Source: Basidiobolus meristosporus CBS 931.73 (lineage: Eukaryota > Fungi > Basidiobolomycota). Taken from it: a stretch of 47,439 nt of DNA. The translations under genes and the position numbers were made by a program. Shown in pieces: positions 1 to 11,526 of the stretch (position 1 is the stretch's first letter; every line of letters starts with the position of its first letter). The stretch lies in contig MCFE01000672.1 in the NCBI GenBank assembly GCA_002104905.1, positions 1 to 47,439 on the forward strand, read 5' to 3'. The notes below the pieces were generated by a model. It saw only the letters and a list, made by a program, of their open reading frames with translations. It made no database searches and was not told the DNA's origin.

Positions 1-1815
1 ACCAAGTGTGGAAGGTGAGGATAAAGATGCTTCTACAAGATAAAGGCCTTGAGGATATTGTCATGGGAGAAGAATGCCCTACTAAGAATGTTGGAGAGGA
101 AGCCTTAATGTACCAGAAGAAAGAGCAAAGTGCCTTCAACTATATTTGCCTTAATGTTAAAGACAAATTGCTAATTCAATGCTCAAAAGCAAAAATAGCA
201 AAGAATGCCTGGAAGGCATTAGAAGACACCTACCAGTCATGCTCAGCTGCCAAGAGAATTTATCTTAGACAATAATTCTTTACTACAAAGATGCAGCCCG
301 GAGAAGAAATGAAAAATATAATTTACAGAATTACCCTGCTGGTGGATGAGATGGAATTGGTGGGTGTACCAACTACTAATGAGGATGTGAGAGTAACCAT
401 CCTGAATAGCCTGACAGACAAGTTTCAGGGCCTTGCATCAGCCCTAGAGTCCTGAACTGAAGATTTGACCTTAAACTACATATATGGAAGGCTCCCTGAT
501 CAAGAATTAAGAAAATCAAGTGCCAGTAAAAATTAAGAAGTTCAAGCACAAATAAGAAGAAAGAAGTAAATACTTTAATAAGCAATGATAATCAGCCAAG
601 GAGATACCCAAGACCTTACAAAGGCAACAGTCACCTGTTTTGCAACTACTGCAAAAGGAAAGGACACACATCAGATTGGTGTCTCAAGAAGTGAGACAAT
701 CAGCAAAAGAAGCCTGAAGATGGAAATGATGCAACAACTGAAGATAGACTATTTATATCTGCACTAAGTATGACCACAAACAATGATTCTCAGATATGGT
801 GCATTGACTCTGGAGCATCCCAGCACTTTACACACCAAAAAGGACTTTTACCAAATACCAGGAAATTCCAATTAAGAAGGTTTTCATTGGTGACAATAGA
901 ACACTTGATGCAGTGGGAGAAGGAGCTATCAAAGTAAACCTTAGAAGCAGAGAAGGAAGCCATACACTGACCTTTAAAGAATTACTCTATGTACCAGAAA
1001 TACCCAAGAACCTACTATCTGTAAGCAAGGCCACAGCAGAATGTCTCAGTTTCAGCTTTGACAATTCTGGATGCAGGATCACTGATCAAAATGGTGCCCA
1101 TATTGCTTTAGGTATCAGAGATGAGAATCTATGCAAGTTGACTTATATTCCATCATATCTGGAAGCCAATCTAAGTAACTTAAATGAAGAAACACCAATG
1201 CTTAAGCACAGGAGATTTGGGTACATCAATTTTGATTGTTTGCGCAAAATGATCAAAGATCAGCTAATTTCTGGAGTAAAAATTGTTCCCACAGCTAAAT
1301 TGGAGCACTGTGAAGCCTGCATATATGGGAAACAAGCCAGACAACCATTCAAGAGCTCTGGGTTAATCAAAACTAAGAAAAAATTAGATCTAGTCCACTC
1401 AGATATGTGTGGACCTATGCAAGATTTATCCTTAGGCAGGAAGAAATATTTGATTACTTTTATTGATGATTATACAAGATACACATGGGTCTACTTCATG
1501 GAGAGAAAGGAAGAAGCTCTGTCTAAATTCAGGGAGTTTAAAGCCATGGTGGAGAGAGAAACTGGTGAAAAAATCAAGAAAATATGCTCTGGCAATGGTA
1601 GAGAATATACCTCAAAACTCTTCATCCACTTCTGCAAAATTCATGGGATAAAGCAAGAGACTACTGTTCCATACTCCCCACAGTAAAATGGAGTAGCAGA
1701 ATGTGCAAACACATCAATAATTGATATGGCAAGATCTATGATCCATGATCAACAGTTATCCTATGATTTTTGGGTGGAATCAGTTGCCACAGCTGTATAC
1801 CTTGAAAATAGGAGT
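1..1815 (+). mobile_element. Degenerate Ty1/copia LTR retrotransposon: gag, zinc knuckle, protease, GAG-pre-integrase and partial integrase; truncated, with stops and frameshifts
   Basis: Translations give WKVRIKMLL (gag), CNYCKRKGHTSDWC (CCHC), WCIDSGASQH (protease), KHRRFGY..CEACIYGKQ (pre-integrase), DLVHSDMCGP..YLITFIDDYTRYTWVY and TVPYSPQ*NGVAE (rve core). Protease-before-integrase order is copia-type. Confidence 0.93.
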
Positions 1816-1819
1816 TGTT

Positions 1820-2060
1820 TGGTACTATTTAGGCTTACTTGGATGGTTCCTTGTTCAATAATATCAAGTGTTCTTTTGTCTCCCTTGAAAGTTTGCTAAA
1901 CTGGAATTTCTGCATATTGAGTAAAGAGCACTTTTCAGTGTGTGAAGGGCTGAGAAGCTCCAGAGTCAATATACCACATCTAAGAATGCCTATTTGTTGT
2001 AACACTGAGTGCAGATATGAATAGTTCATCATCAGTGGCTTCAGCTTTGATCATTACAAG
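1820..2060 (-). mobile_element. Inverted, decayed second copy of the copia protease region
   Basis: The reverse complement translates LFISALSVTT..MWYIDSGASQPFTH..DKRTLDIIEQGTIQV and aligns by eye to + strand 720-940. Confidence 0.8.
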
Positions 2061-4624
2061 GAAAAAAGCGCAAGGGATTAAGCCAGCTCAAAGCAATCCA
2101 AAGGCTGTTGGATACTCCACAATCTCCCACAGCATGACTGCATGCTGAGTTGTGCAAGGACCTATACAATATATATAATGCTGTGTTTGGTTATGGCTCC
2201 ACTAGCTTTAAACCATTTTTGTTAAGCGCCTATATTTCATCATGCAGGTTGTTCAATGCCCCAAACTTTGTTCACGTTGCTTCGTGATCCCCAACTTTGT
2301 GAGTGACATAGGGCTCAGCTTGTAGTATGCCATTGGAACTGTGGTACTTATTTGGCTAGGGAGAGTAGCCCTCTATGCACAAAACGAGCAGACTGAAATC
2401 TTGCCAGCCAGGCGTCAACCATCCATTGTCCATCCAAGGGCTTAGAGGCGACTAATCCCTCATTGGGACGTAGACACCATCTTTTCGAAAGCTATTGGCC
2501 ACAAAACGGTGTCCTGAGCAAATCTAGCCCCCAGCGTCCAGCGCCATGAGTACTTGGCACCATCCAGAGCGGTATGATCAGAGAATTTAGAGGGCGCGAT
2601 CACCACTAAATGGAGGGAGAAGTAGCCTTGGCAGACTTTGTGGGGCTCCTAGGGATGGAAATCAGGAAATTTTTGGACCATTGAATTGCACCTTGCATAA
2701 AATCAGCCAGATAAGCCGGGTGAATATGGATCGCTTTTCCAACAATGGTGACACCAGTAGTATACCTGACAGGGTATGTATTATGAGGTATGCATGATAC
2801 TTATTGTACCCGTAGGTTTCTCAACGGCTGAACCCAGCATACATGGCTTGTTGTACACTGTGGGTCTATTCCAACTAGGTCTGAAGCATGCTATTCACCA
2901 CCCAGATTTTCAAATTAGATTTGGAGCAGCATCCATTGGGAATGGTGCCGATTAGATAGCGGAATAGATTGCTGCTTAATATATCCAAGAACACCAGGCA
3001 TCCACTGCTGATATACCAATGGAGGCGTCTCAAACTATGCGAAATGGTGTCGAGAGACCCTCGTAACTCTTGGTCATCTTGTCTCGGGGAGATCTTGCAC
3101 CTATTTGCCCGACTTGTAGGAAAGGGAGCTCTGGACCTTGGGTATTTCATATGAACGGGGTGCGGTTACTGCAATCGGAGTACTGGTCACTCGCCCCAGA
3201 TGATACGCTGACCATTAGGATACCCGCTCTAGCTGCCTACGGTACTTGCCATGATCCATGTGTCCTTGGCCCAGCGGCTGTGGTTTCGGCCTTGGCCGGG
3301 AAGCGTAAACCCTGGTGATTCCACTCATCTCCATTCGAAGATCGTTATCTGCAGATCGGGACATCGCACGCTACTGCACCAGAGTTGATACTGTGCCGCC
3401 GATTCTGCATCCTCCCAAGATTATATTTTGGGATGGGGTTTGGCGACGAGAACCCAGATTTCCTGTTAACCCGAAATCGAGCGGGCGGAACACACTTGGT
3501 GCGCAGGAATTCTGGATCTTGATAGGGCACAAAGTTGGGACCTTCCGGATTTGTCATGCGGTTGGGTTATTTTTGTTTTCCCATGTCACTCAGCCTCTAC
3601 CCAATTGTGCAAGTCGCGCGGGGCTTGAGCCCGCTGAACTAGAGCATGTCAAGGCGCCAAGCCAAATATATGTCTTGCTGCCCATATGGGATGCTGACGC
3701 CTTATCAGCGCATGAGTCTTCAGCAGGATAAAGATCTCGCATGGGATGGCCTCTCACTGGAGCCAGACCCACGGGTACATACATAACAAATCAAGCGTGG
3801 TGATGACTGCGCGCCTCGACGAGCGAATGCTTGACGTGGACCGCATTGGCAACGAAGTCTGGGGGATCGCGGGACAGACTCGAATGATGCAAGCAGAGTG
3901 AAGTATGTGAGTTGGGATTCAATGTCGCCGGTTGATGCCTAATGGTTGCATCAACGACCAGAAGATGTCATGAATGGAAATAATACATCAGCGGTTTCCT
4001 TTTGGGGAGTATTCTGATCAATGGCTGTCATTTTGCCAAGCGAGAGTTGGGCACTTGCTCAGGAAACTAAATATGAAGTCTCGGAGGCCTTGATTTAATA
4101 TTGGGCGATGGCCAAAATTGGATTTCCGATCTATTTGGAGTACGACAATTTTGGATCTCCAAGGAAACTGGCTCAGCGTGTGATCGAGATAGAGTTAGGT
4201 AGATGCTGCTGTGTGGTGATAGTATTGGTTAGCTCGATGGGGCGGTGATTATCTGGTAGTATATTTATATGTTCCCGTCCATTTTGGTCAGGAAGGATTG
4301 GAATGATCACTTCGAGTCATATCTAACCTATCATGGACTGATCCTGCAGCCGAACCTTATCAGGAAGGATCCCAATGATTGTTGTCAGCATGTAAAGGAT
4401 CCGTAACCACGGCTAATGGCTCCATTGTGTCAGCCATATATTTTCGGCTATTATCAGTAGCATTGGCTTGGTCACTTTCTCCGGTTGTTTAAAGGGACTA
4501 CCATTCGTCTTGACAAAGTTTTACGCTCGAGTTTATCTGCTAAATCACCCATTGAGCCCACGTATACTCTATCCTTGCAAACCACCCCTCTGCTCAACCT
4601 CTCCTTTGGCCACACTATTTTCTC

Positions 4625-5119
4625 ATGAAGCCAACTAATCTCTTGACAAGCCTAATACTGCTGCTGGTTGGGTGCCTGGAGGTGTTTGGCCAAAGTACCA
4701 GGACAAGCACCAACTTCGTAACGGCAACTCTGACTGGGAGTACCATAACTAGCATTATTACGCGAACCGACTATCCAACCAACACTCCTATTCCTCCAAC
4801 CAACAATGACAATAAAGACAGCGATTCAAGTAGCGGAGGTGGGAACAAAACCATAATTGCCGCCGGGGCGTCTGTTGGAGCAGCGGTGGTTCTGTCTGCT
4901 ATTGGTATCTTCATTTTTCGTAGATGGAAGCTCAGGGTAAGTTCTTGGCCTGGTTCGAGTCTCGTTCGAATCTCCTCTAACCCAGTGGGGACCATTTCTC
5001 TTTCATAGCCCACAGCAAAATTCGAAAACAAATTACAGGCAGACCAGCATTATCAGCCACGCCAGCACGCATCCAACCGAGACGATACGGTATTTCTGAG
5101 GGAGCTCAATGAATATTGA
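4625..5119 (+). CDS. Small single-pass surface protein (signal peptide, Ser/Thr-rich stalk, TM, short tail; Mid2-like); exons 4625-4936, 5009-5119
   Basis: Hydrophobic N-terminus, S/T-rich segment, TM IIAAGASVGAAVVLSAIGIFIF followed by RRWK. Intron GTAAGT(4937)..CTAAC..TAG(5008) keeps frame and gives the tail PTAKFENKL..DTVFLRELNEY*. Confidence 0.8.
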
Positions 5120-6610
5120 GCATGACTATCAAGAGCTTGTGCAGTACACCAACTGTGAATTGTACCGATTTGCCAGGAAAAGTGGATTTGCATTTCCCCC
5201 TTGGTTGGCAAGGGGTCACCTTTCGTGTGTTCGAATCCAGGTACGAGGCACACTTTTGCTCGTAAATACCCATACTCTTTCATAGCCTATCCACTACATT
5301 CGATCATGAAGACATTAATCTCACCTGGGCAATCAATTCTATTCACCAAAGCTTAAAGCTGTTATTTGGCTTGATCCTAACAGTCCCCAAATTTTGTAAT
5401 TAAAGCCGATACCTATTAAACATAAAGACGTACTCAGCCATGCTAAGTTAGCCTAGGGTTAGTATGCCTGCTCACTGAACTCGCTGAATTCAGTGGTTCT
5501 GACCCTTCCGCCCTAGCATGATGAAGGCTCCCTCTTGTTCCTCGTCATTCTACACCAGTGCTACGAGCTAAGAGAATGTCTCAGCTCCTGCCACATTGCC
5601 ACTAGTGGATACGACGTGGTCGTTCATTCCACTCGGCAGGTTTATTTCGCAACTGTCCACATCGAAACGCCTTCAAGCGACCGACATCAAAGCTGCGGCA
5701 TTCCTTCTCCCTCACCGGTCGTGTTGAAAGTGAGGAGACGTATCCTTGTGGCCATCAGGCTCCCACCAGAACGTTCGTCAATTGAAAGGCAATGCTACAC
5801 TCTGCACAACGGCCGTGGATGTTTAGGGACTTGTCTTGACACCAGTTACCAGAATGGCATCCCTGTCCTGCCATGCCCGCCGTGAAAATAGGTTGCTCCA
5901 TTACTACCTGCGGATTAGTTGGCCCACAATCCCCTTGAATAGACCCCCCTCGAAATAAGGTCGCTTCACCACGCCCATCAAGTGACAACGCACAATACCC
6001 TTACCCGATATTGATGTACACCCCATGCGATCCGATTGGCCCACCTGGAGACTGCTCTTCAGGAATCCATTTTCCAATGGAAAGCATATGATCACCGAAT
6101 CAGGTGACCCTAGATCATTCTACCCCAGTACAACAGTCCATTTAGCCAGCTTTGCGACCTACAGATTGTTGGGTTCATGGCAGCGCTGCACGAGTCGGCT
6201 AGCATGAGGTTCGATGGTTAAACAGAAGCCATACTCAGGGCATATGATCTAATTTTTGGGCCGTTTTGGCCCTAGGGATCCCGAAGAGAGCCAAATCGCA
6301 ACCGGCCTTCCCAAATCGATATTTAAAGAATGGGATTGGCTGTTTATGGGTTAAGTCAATGGATGAATGTGGAAACCCGAGTCTGTACAAAACTTTATTT
6401 CCTGCTGGCTAACCTATCATATGGGCCCGGGTTGGTCAAAAAAGTGAAAACCAAAGTCCACTTCCGCTCCACTTAAATAATCCTCCAGCTGTCTCTGTCT
6501 ACCACTCTTCACTTATGTGTTTCCTGCACCTAGCGAGGTTGGAAGTTGGTCACCTTTAAACCCAGCATTACCTATCAATCAATCAAGCCCCTTTCCCTTA
6601 GCAACGCAAC

Positions 6611-7580
6611 ATGACCGAGGCTCTGTAGGTTCTTCTTCCGTACGGTTGCTAGCCAGCAATACTAAACACCTTCCCAGGGCCAAAGATCAACTAGATAGCC
6701 CCTTTGAGGGTATCTCTCGCTCCGAAAGAGCACACCAGTTGGTCCATTCAAAGTTCTACACCGCCCTGTACATCGTTTTGGCTGTACTCTCCTTGATCTC
6801 AGTGATTTTGGTAAGTGCTTGAGAGCATCCCACTTCCTTTTAATAGACGTGTCTAACCTCCGGTGCGCCAACTCTAGTCGCTGATATATGAATGGTAAGA
6901 GCAAGGAGCCGATTCTGATAATCACTTGAGACTAAAGTGAAAACCCAGCCCAGGGACATTTTATATCGTTCTGGAAATTATAGTCAATACAGCCATGATC
7001 GTGGAAGTCAGCATCCGGTTGATGGTTTACGGGAAGGTAAGGGGGTTTGCGCAATTTGAATGGAGGAGAGCAGACAATTCACAAAGCGAACTCAACAGAA
7101 ATTCTGGAACTCCTGGATGAACATCTTCGACTTGGTCTTGGTGTTCCTATGCGTCGTTACAGTGGTGTTCCTCTTCATGGATTGCTCCGCCATCCGTGGG
7201 CGTGGGGAATTGGCCACCACCATGTTCTTGGTGTTTCGAAATACCATCCAATTCTTCCGTCTGTTCAACATGATTCGAAAGTTGGTCCTCTTACCACCCA
7301 TCTGCCTGAAGCATACGTAACTCACTTTCCATTTAGGAACCGACAGCATATCACTGGACGCACCCACAACACCATCGTATTTCGAGAGAGCGAAACCTCG
7401 GAGATAGAGGAGGGGAATCTGGATACGGTCCATTCAGGATTCTCGCCCGGATACATCCTGGAGGAGGAATCGGATGACGAGCACTCCACCGCCACTTTGC
7501 GAGTCACGCAGCAGCCGCGACCAGGCTTGAGGGAAATCGTCGTGGTTGCCAATGCCCCGAAGAAAAAGGGTACCAATTGA
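6611..7580 (+). CDS. Ion_trans-like four-helix (voltage-sensor-like) membrane protein without a pore; exons 6611-6624, 6678-6810, 6878-6894, 6949-7036, 7099-7280, 7337-7580
   Basis: Five GT-AG introns splice into one frame: MTEALAKD..HSKFYTALYIVLAVLSLISVILSLIYECPGTFYIVLEIIVNTAMIVEVSIRLMVYGKKFWNSWMNIFDLVLV..FRNTIQFFRLFNMIRK, then an acidic tail. Confidence 0.8.
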
Positions 7581-7928
7581 ATCATCTTTTTCAGAGGCGG
7601 TTCTGCATTGAGTTCAGTTGCTTCTGGAAGCCGTAACCCAATATAGCCTCATTCAGTAAATAGGAATCTTAATAAATTCATGAATGCCTTAATTTAGCCC
7701 ATTAGCCCGTGCCCGTGGCACTGCTGAACCCCTCGCTTGCTCGAGGTGGGATCGAGATCTATCAGCGCCCAGCCGTGAGGTAATTCTTGACCGCCGAGTA
7801 TCAGGAGAACAGTAGCGGCTCGGGTATACCACATTCCTCGACTACACACTGGGTTTATTTAATATATGGATGATAGCACGGAATTTACAACTAACACGGC
7901 CATTGGGATATGCGGCATCTTGGCAAGA

Positions 7929-8430
7929 TTAATTGGTAACGGGGGTTCGGGCGGTGCTGTTGACGACAGCTGGTTGGGGTACGGGTTGGTTGTGGTATTG
8001 GAAGTGGTGGATTGTGGAGCTGGATTTTTTCCCAAACCCAAAAATCCAGGTGAATAGGATGATTGCCTGGATGATGTAGCCGGCGCCCATGGCCTTCTCG
8101 GAGGCCAAACGAGAATAGATGGTAGAGTCAACCGCAATGATTAGCATCATGAGCCCAATGGCAATCAACGCTAGGAACTGGACATGGGTGTTAGATAAGT
8201 TCGATGAGGGAGTCCCGGGAATAGGATAAACTAACCGTGAACCGGTACCGCTTCACCAGCGAGCTGAAGCCAAACAAGGCCACCCCAATGATCAAAAAGA
8301 AGTGGTAGATTATCGTCCACCACAGGTATCCTGACGATTTCAGCGCGAGTGCGCCTCCGAACGCGATGATCCACCCACACGCTGCGATGGCTGCTGTGGC
8401 GGTAAAAAATAGTCCGCTCTTTAGATTCAT
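7929..8430 (-). CDS. Sho1-like four-TM protein lacking the SH3 domain; exons 8430-8236, 8177-7929
   Basis: GWIIAFGG..LWWTIIYHFF..RYRF..VDSTIYS..GAGYIIQAIILFTWIFGFG matches the Sho1 membrane-domain pattern. Intron GTTAGT..CTAAC..CAG is in frame; AATAAA on the minus strand near 7855-7860. Confidence 0.72.
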
Positions 8431-9636
8431 TTGATGGCAAGGATTAGACTGTTAAGTGTCACAAGAGATTACCGTACTTTGATGGTTTACAACTAGCTGG
8501 GGGCTTTAGTGGGATTAGAACAGGTTTGACAATGGCACCAAGACTCCGCTGGCATTGGTTATTTATACGCTTGGGCATCGTGGATTCACTTGCTAGTCAT
8601 CGTCTGTGGCCAATAGACCATCTTGCAATTCACCGCCGCATGAATAAGTAGCAAACAATGCTAAGCCCTATCCGTCCAAGACCTGACCAATCTTCGCTGC
8701 ACTCATTACACGGTTGCCTCACGCCCATTCGATATGTCACTTGTAGCAGATGAAAGAATATCCAGAGATCAATGCTGAGGCTGCCAGAACACTTTAACCC
8801 GAAACTTTCTGACAACCCAGGCTGATGTCAGTAACCAGGAGCCACGGGTCAATCGGTATCCGTCACGGTTGACATCATCCATGAACCACACACGATGCTA
8901 CTATAGATGAATTTTTTTCAATCCCAATAGAGCATTTGTAATCGGGTAAACTCCCAGTCAGGAATTTCCTACCACATATGGGAAATATGGCATCCACAAA
9001 TGACTGATCGACTTGGATGAACGGGAAAACCATGATTATCTGGTCGACAATTCTCCTTGGCCAATGGGGCTGTCTGCATGGAAATCCTGAAGCCAGGAAT
9101 GCTTGCGTGATTGTTTTGACTTTGTTGGACATCAAGGGTAGGTCAAGCCACATGCAGCTTAGAGGAAGCATCCATAACAGATACTCTGTATCTGGAGATT
9201 CATACATGCTACCAAGCTGACTACAAAGAGGCCGTAGGCAGCATTCGCTTGATTGAAGCGAGTTACTTTTGGCCGGCCAGCAGGCATATGGATAGAGGAG
9301 CAAGACACGAGATGTCCTTGGCCTCTTGCGGTGGAAACACTGGCTCTCGTGGGCAGCAAACCATCTTGGCCAGGTTGTTGAGTTGTACATGCAACAAGTG
9401 TTTTCTCCTAAATAATAATCAACCTAATTGATCTGATTACTATTCACTATATTAATTCCCTATGGTCAGGCATCTACGTTTTCCATGTTAGTAGTATTTA
9501 TCCTGATTGTTGGAAGATAACAATTGTTTTTGTAAGCGGAAAAATCCATTTGGTTAATTATGCGATGATTGATGTTGAGATCGTCTATTATAAAAGGTGT
9601 TGGGTATGCCGGGTTACTCACTATCTCTATTCAAAT

Positions 9637-10218
9637 ATGACCCAACTTTTCCGTATTGCTGGTCTCTGTGGTGCCCTTCGCAAGGACTCCTTCAACATGA
9701 AGCTCCTCTTGGAAGCCAAGAGGTTGGCTCCTGCTGGCGCCACCGTCGAGATCATCGACTGGTCCGAGCTCCCTATATACAATGGCGATTTGGAAGCACA
9801 ACCCCCCAAGTCGGTTTTGGAATTTAAAGAGAAAATTGCCTCCTGTGACGCTATTCTCATAGCCACTCCCGAATACAACTTCTCATACCCCGGTGCCTTC
9901 AAGAATGCGATTGATTGGGCCAGTCGTCCTCTTGGTACAACCAACGCCTTTGCCGGTAAAGCAATCGCAATGATGAGTGCTGGACCAGGTGCATACCCTG
10001 GCTCCAGTGGTGGACATCGTGCCCAGCTTCACCTCCAACAAGTATTCAGCATTCTCGACACTCATTTGGTTAGTTTACCAATGATCTGTGTTACTGGTGC
10101 TGGATCTGCGTTTGAAGAGTCCACTGGTAAATTAATTAACGAGCACACCCTACACAACATAGAATTGAAACTAGAAAATCTTATCAAGCTTACCAAAAAG
10201 CTTAATGGTTCCAACTAA
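9637..10218 (+). CDS. NADPH-dependent FMN reductase (FMN_red; ChrR/YieF/Lot6-type flavodoxin fold), intronless
   Basis: GALRKDSFN, LPIYNGDLE, DAILIATPEYNFSYPGAFKNAIDWASRP and GGHRAQLHL motifs. ATG at 9637 is in frame with the 9550 ORF. Confidence 0.93.
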   Translation: MTQLFRIAGLCGALRKDSFNMKLLLEAKRLAPAGATVEIIDWSELPIYNGDLEAQPPKSVLEFKEKIASCDAILIATPEYNFSYPGAFKNAIDWASRPLGTTNAFAGKAIAMMSAGPGAYPGSSGGHRAQLHLQQVFSILDTHLVSLPMICVTGAGSAFEESTGKLINEHTLHNIELKLENLIKLTKKLNGSN

Positions 10219-11526
10219 TACACGGTCCATACTATTTACTATTCCTTAATAAACTGTAATGTTTTACAATAATACCGGCAGTGGTTCTGGCTGAGGAGTG
10301 TTCCGAGGGCTTTGCGGTGGAGCTGCAGCCAGAAATGCTTGCAGCACCTGCATCTACCTCCTATGTCTGCATGCATATATGTAAGCTACTGATCCCCTCT
10401 TTTGTCCATAGGATGAGCTGATTTGGGCTCTGTGGATACGTTCGAGGATTCTGTATCTCATTCCCATACAAATTGGTATCTCCGAAACATGAAAGCAGTA
10501 AAACTCCAAACTGGATCTCATCTATACTTATATGTGACCATGGCCAGAGATCAGTGAGGCTCATGCTTTGGTGTCAACTTTCTTGCATATTGCATTGCTG
10601 GCTTAGGTTTCAGCATAATCCGATTTTCCAGACATGAGCTTGTTGATCCCAAATCTTGAGTGAACCCACCTACGTAATAACTCGAGCAAGACCTCAGCTC
10701 CAGGCAGTACGAAGACCAAATTAGAATGGTGCGCGTTTGGAATGTCTAGTGTAGCATCCCCCCCTCCGGGGGCCAATGTTGGGCTGCTGGGCGCGTGGCT
10801 TTGAGCTGAGTACTGAATGTGAAGATATTCCCATATCTTTTTTGAATGGGAAATCCTCCATGCCTTTGGTGAGCAGTCGACCATAACGGTGCTTTGGATA
10901 ACATCTCTTAATCCTAAAGAGTCCCTGTGGCCGTCGCCTCCCTTGTTTGCCTCACAGCATATGGTTACACCAGCCAATGGCCTTGGTTCAGGGATTGCCA
11001 ATACTGACTTGAAGCTGACTTGGCCTGCGTTCGGTTCCATTCCATTTGTCTCTCGCTTTCCTTTTACCCTGGTTTTGTGCTCCCTAACGCGTTTTTGACT
11101 CCTCTTGTCACTCAGTTTCAGCCATGTTCACGGCATGAGGAAAGCCATGATGCGTGGAAGTCGCCAGCACTTCTTCCTGGCATTCAGTCACCCCATTTTG
11201 CCGGCGAACGAGTGGCTGATTCGTTAGAGACGGTGCCCTAGCACGCTTTAGGGAATAAGGTTTAACAGAGTCAGGAAAAGGGTCCAATACCTAGAGGCTA
11301 TTTGTTGACGATCCTAGGGCATGTCATTCAATTAAAGGACGGATCAATCCGGGGTCTAGCCTGATTCAAGGTTTGTTTATCTGGAGCCCAGTTTACTGGG
11401 TTGATTTTACTCTAAAACAGACTTGATTCTTTACGATTCTATTCCGTCTAGCTTCACCACTTAATACTTTTTTAACTCGATAAAGTCTATAGACTAAACC
11501 CCTAACTCTACTTTAAAGTTTACACT

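Noticed and set aside
2875-3784. Cluster of 60-138 aa ORFs on both strands
   Set aside because: No motifs, consistent splice pattern or codon bias that I could recognise.
4952-5238. tRNA T-loop/B-box-like strings GGTTCGAGTC, GTTCGAATC and GTTCGAATCC
   Set aside because: No T-stem pairing, A-box or cloverleaf; two of them lie in a 72-nt intron. No tRNA called.
5535-6207. Short ORFs between the Mid2-like and voltage-sensor-like genes
   Set aside because: No motifs; probably intergenic or promoter DNA.
8630-9431. 171-aa minus ORF and a NGAVCMEILKPG string resembling an E2 active site
   Set aside because: The match is short, frequent stops flank it, and no other E2 features are present.
9550-9636. 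ORF-track N-terminal extensions (9550; also 6517, 29398, 34138)
   Set aside because: They use non-ATG or unsupported starts; the downstream ATGs give family-typical N-termini.
10361-11241. 145-aa minus ORF and neighbouring ORFs
   Set aside because: No recognisable domain or gene structure.
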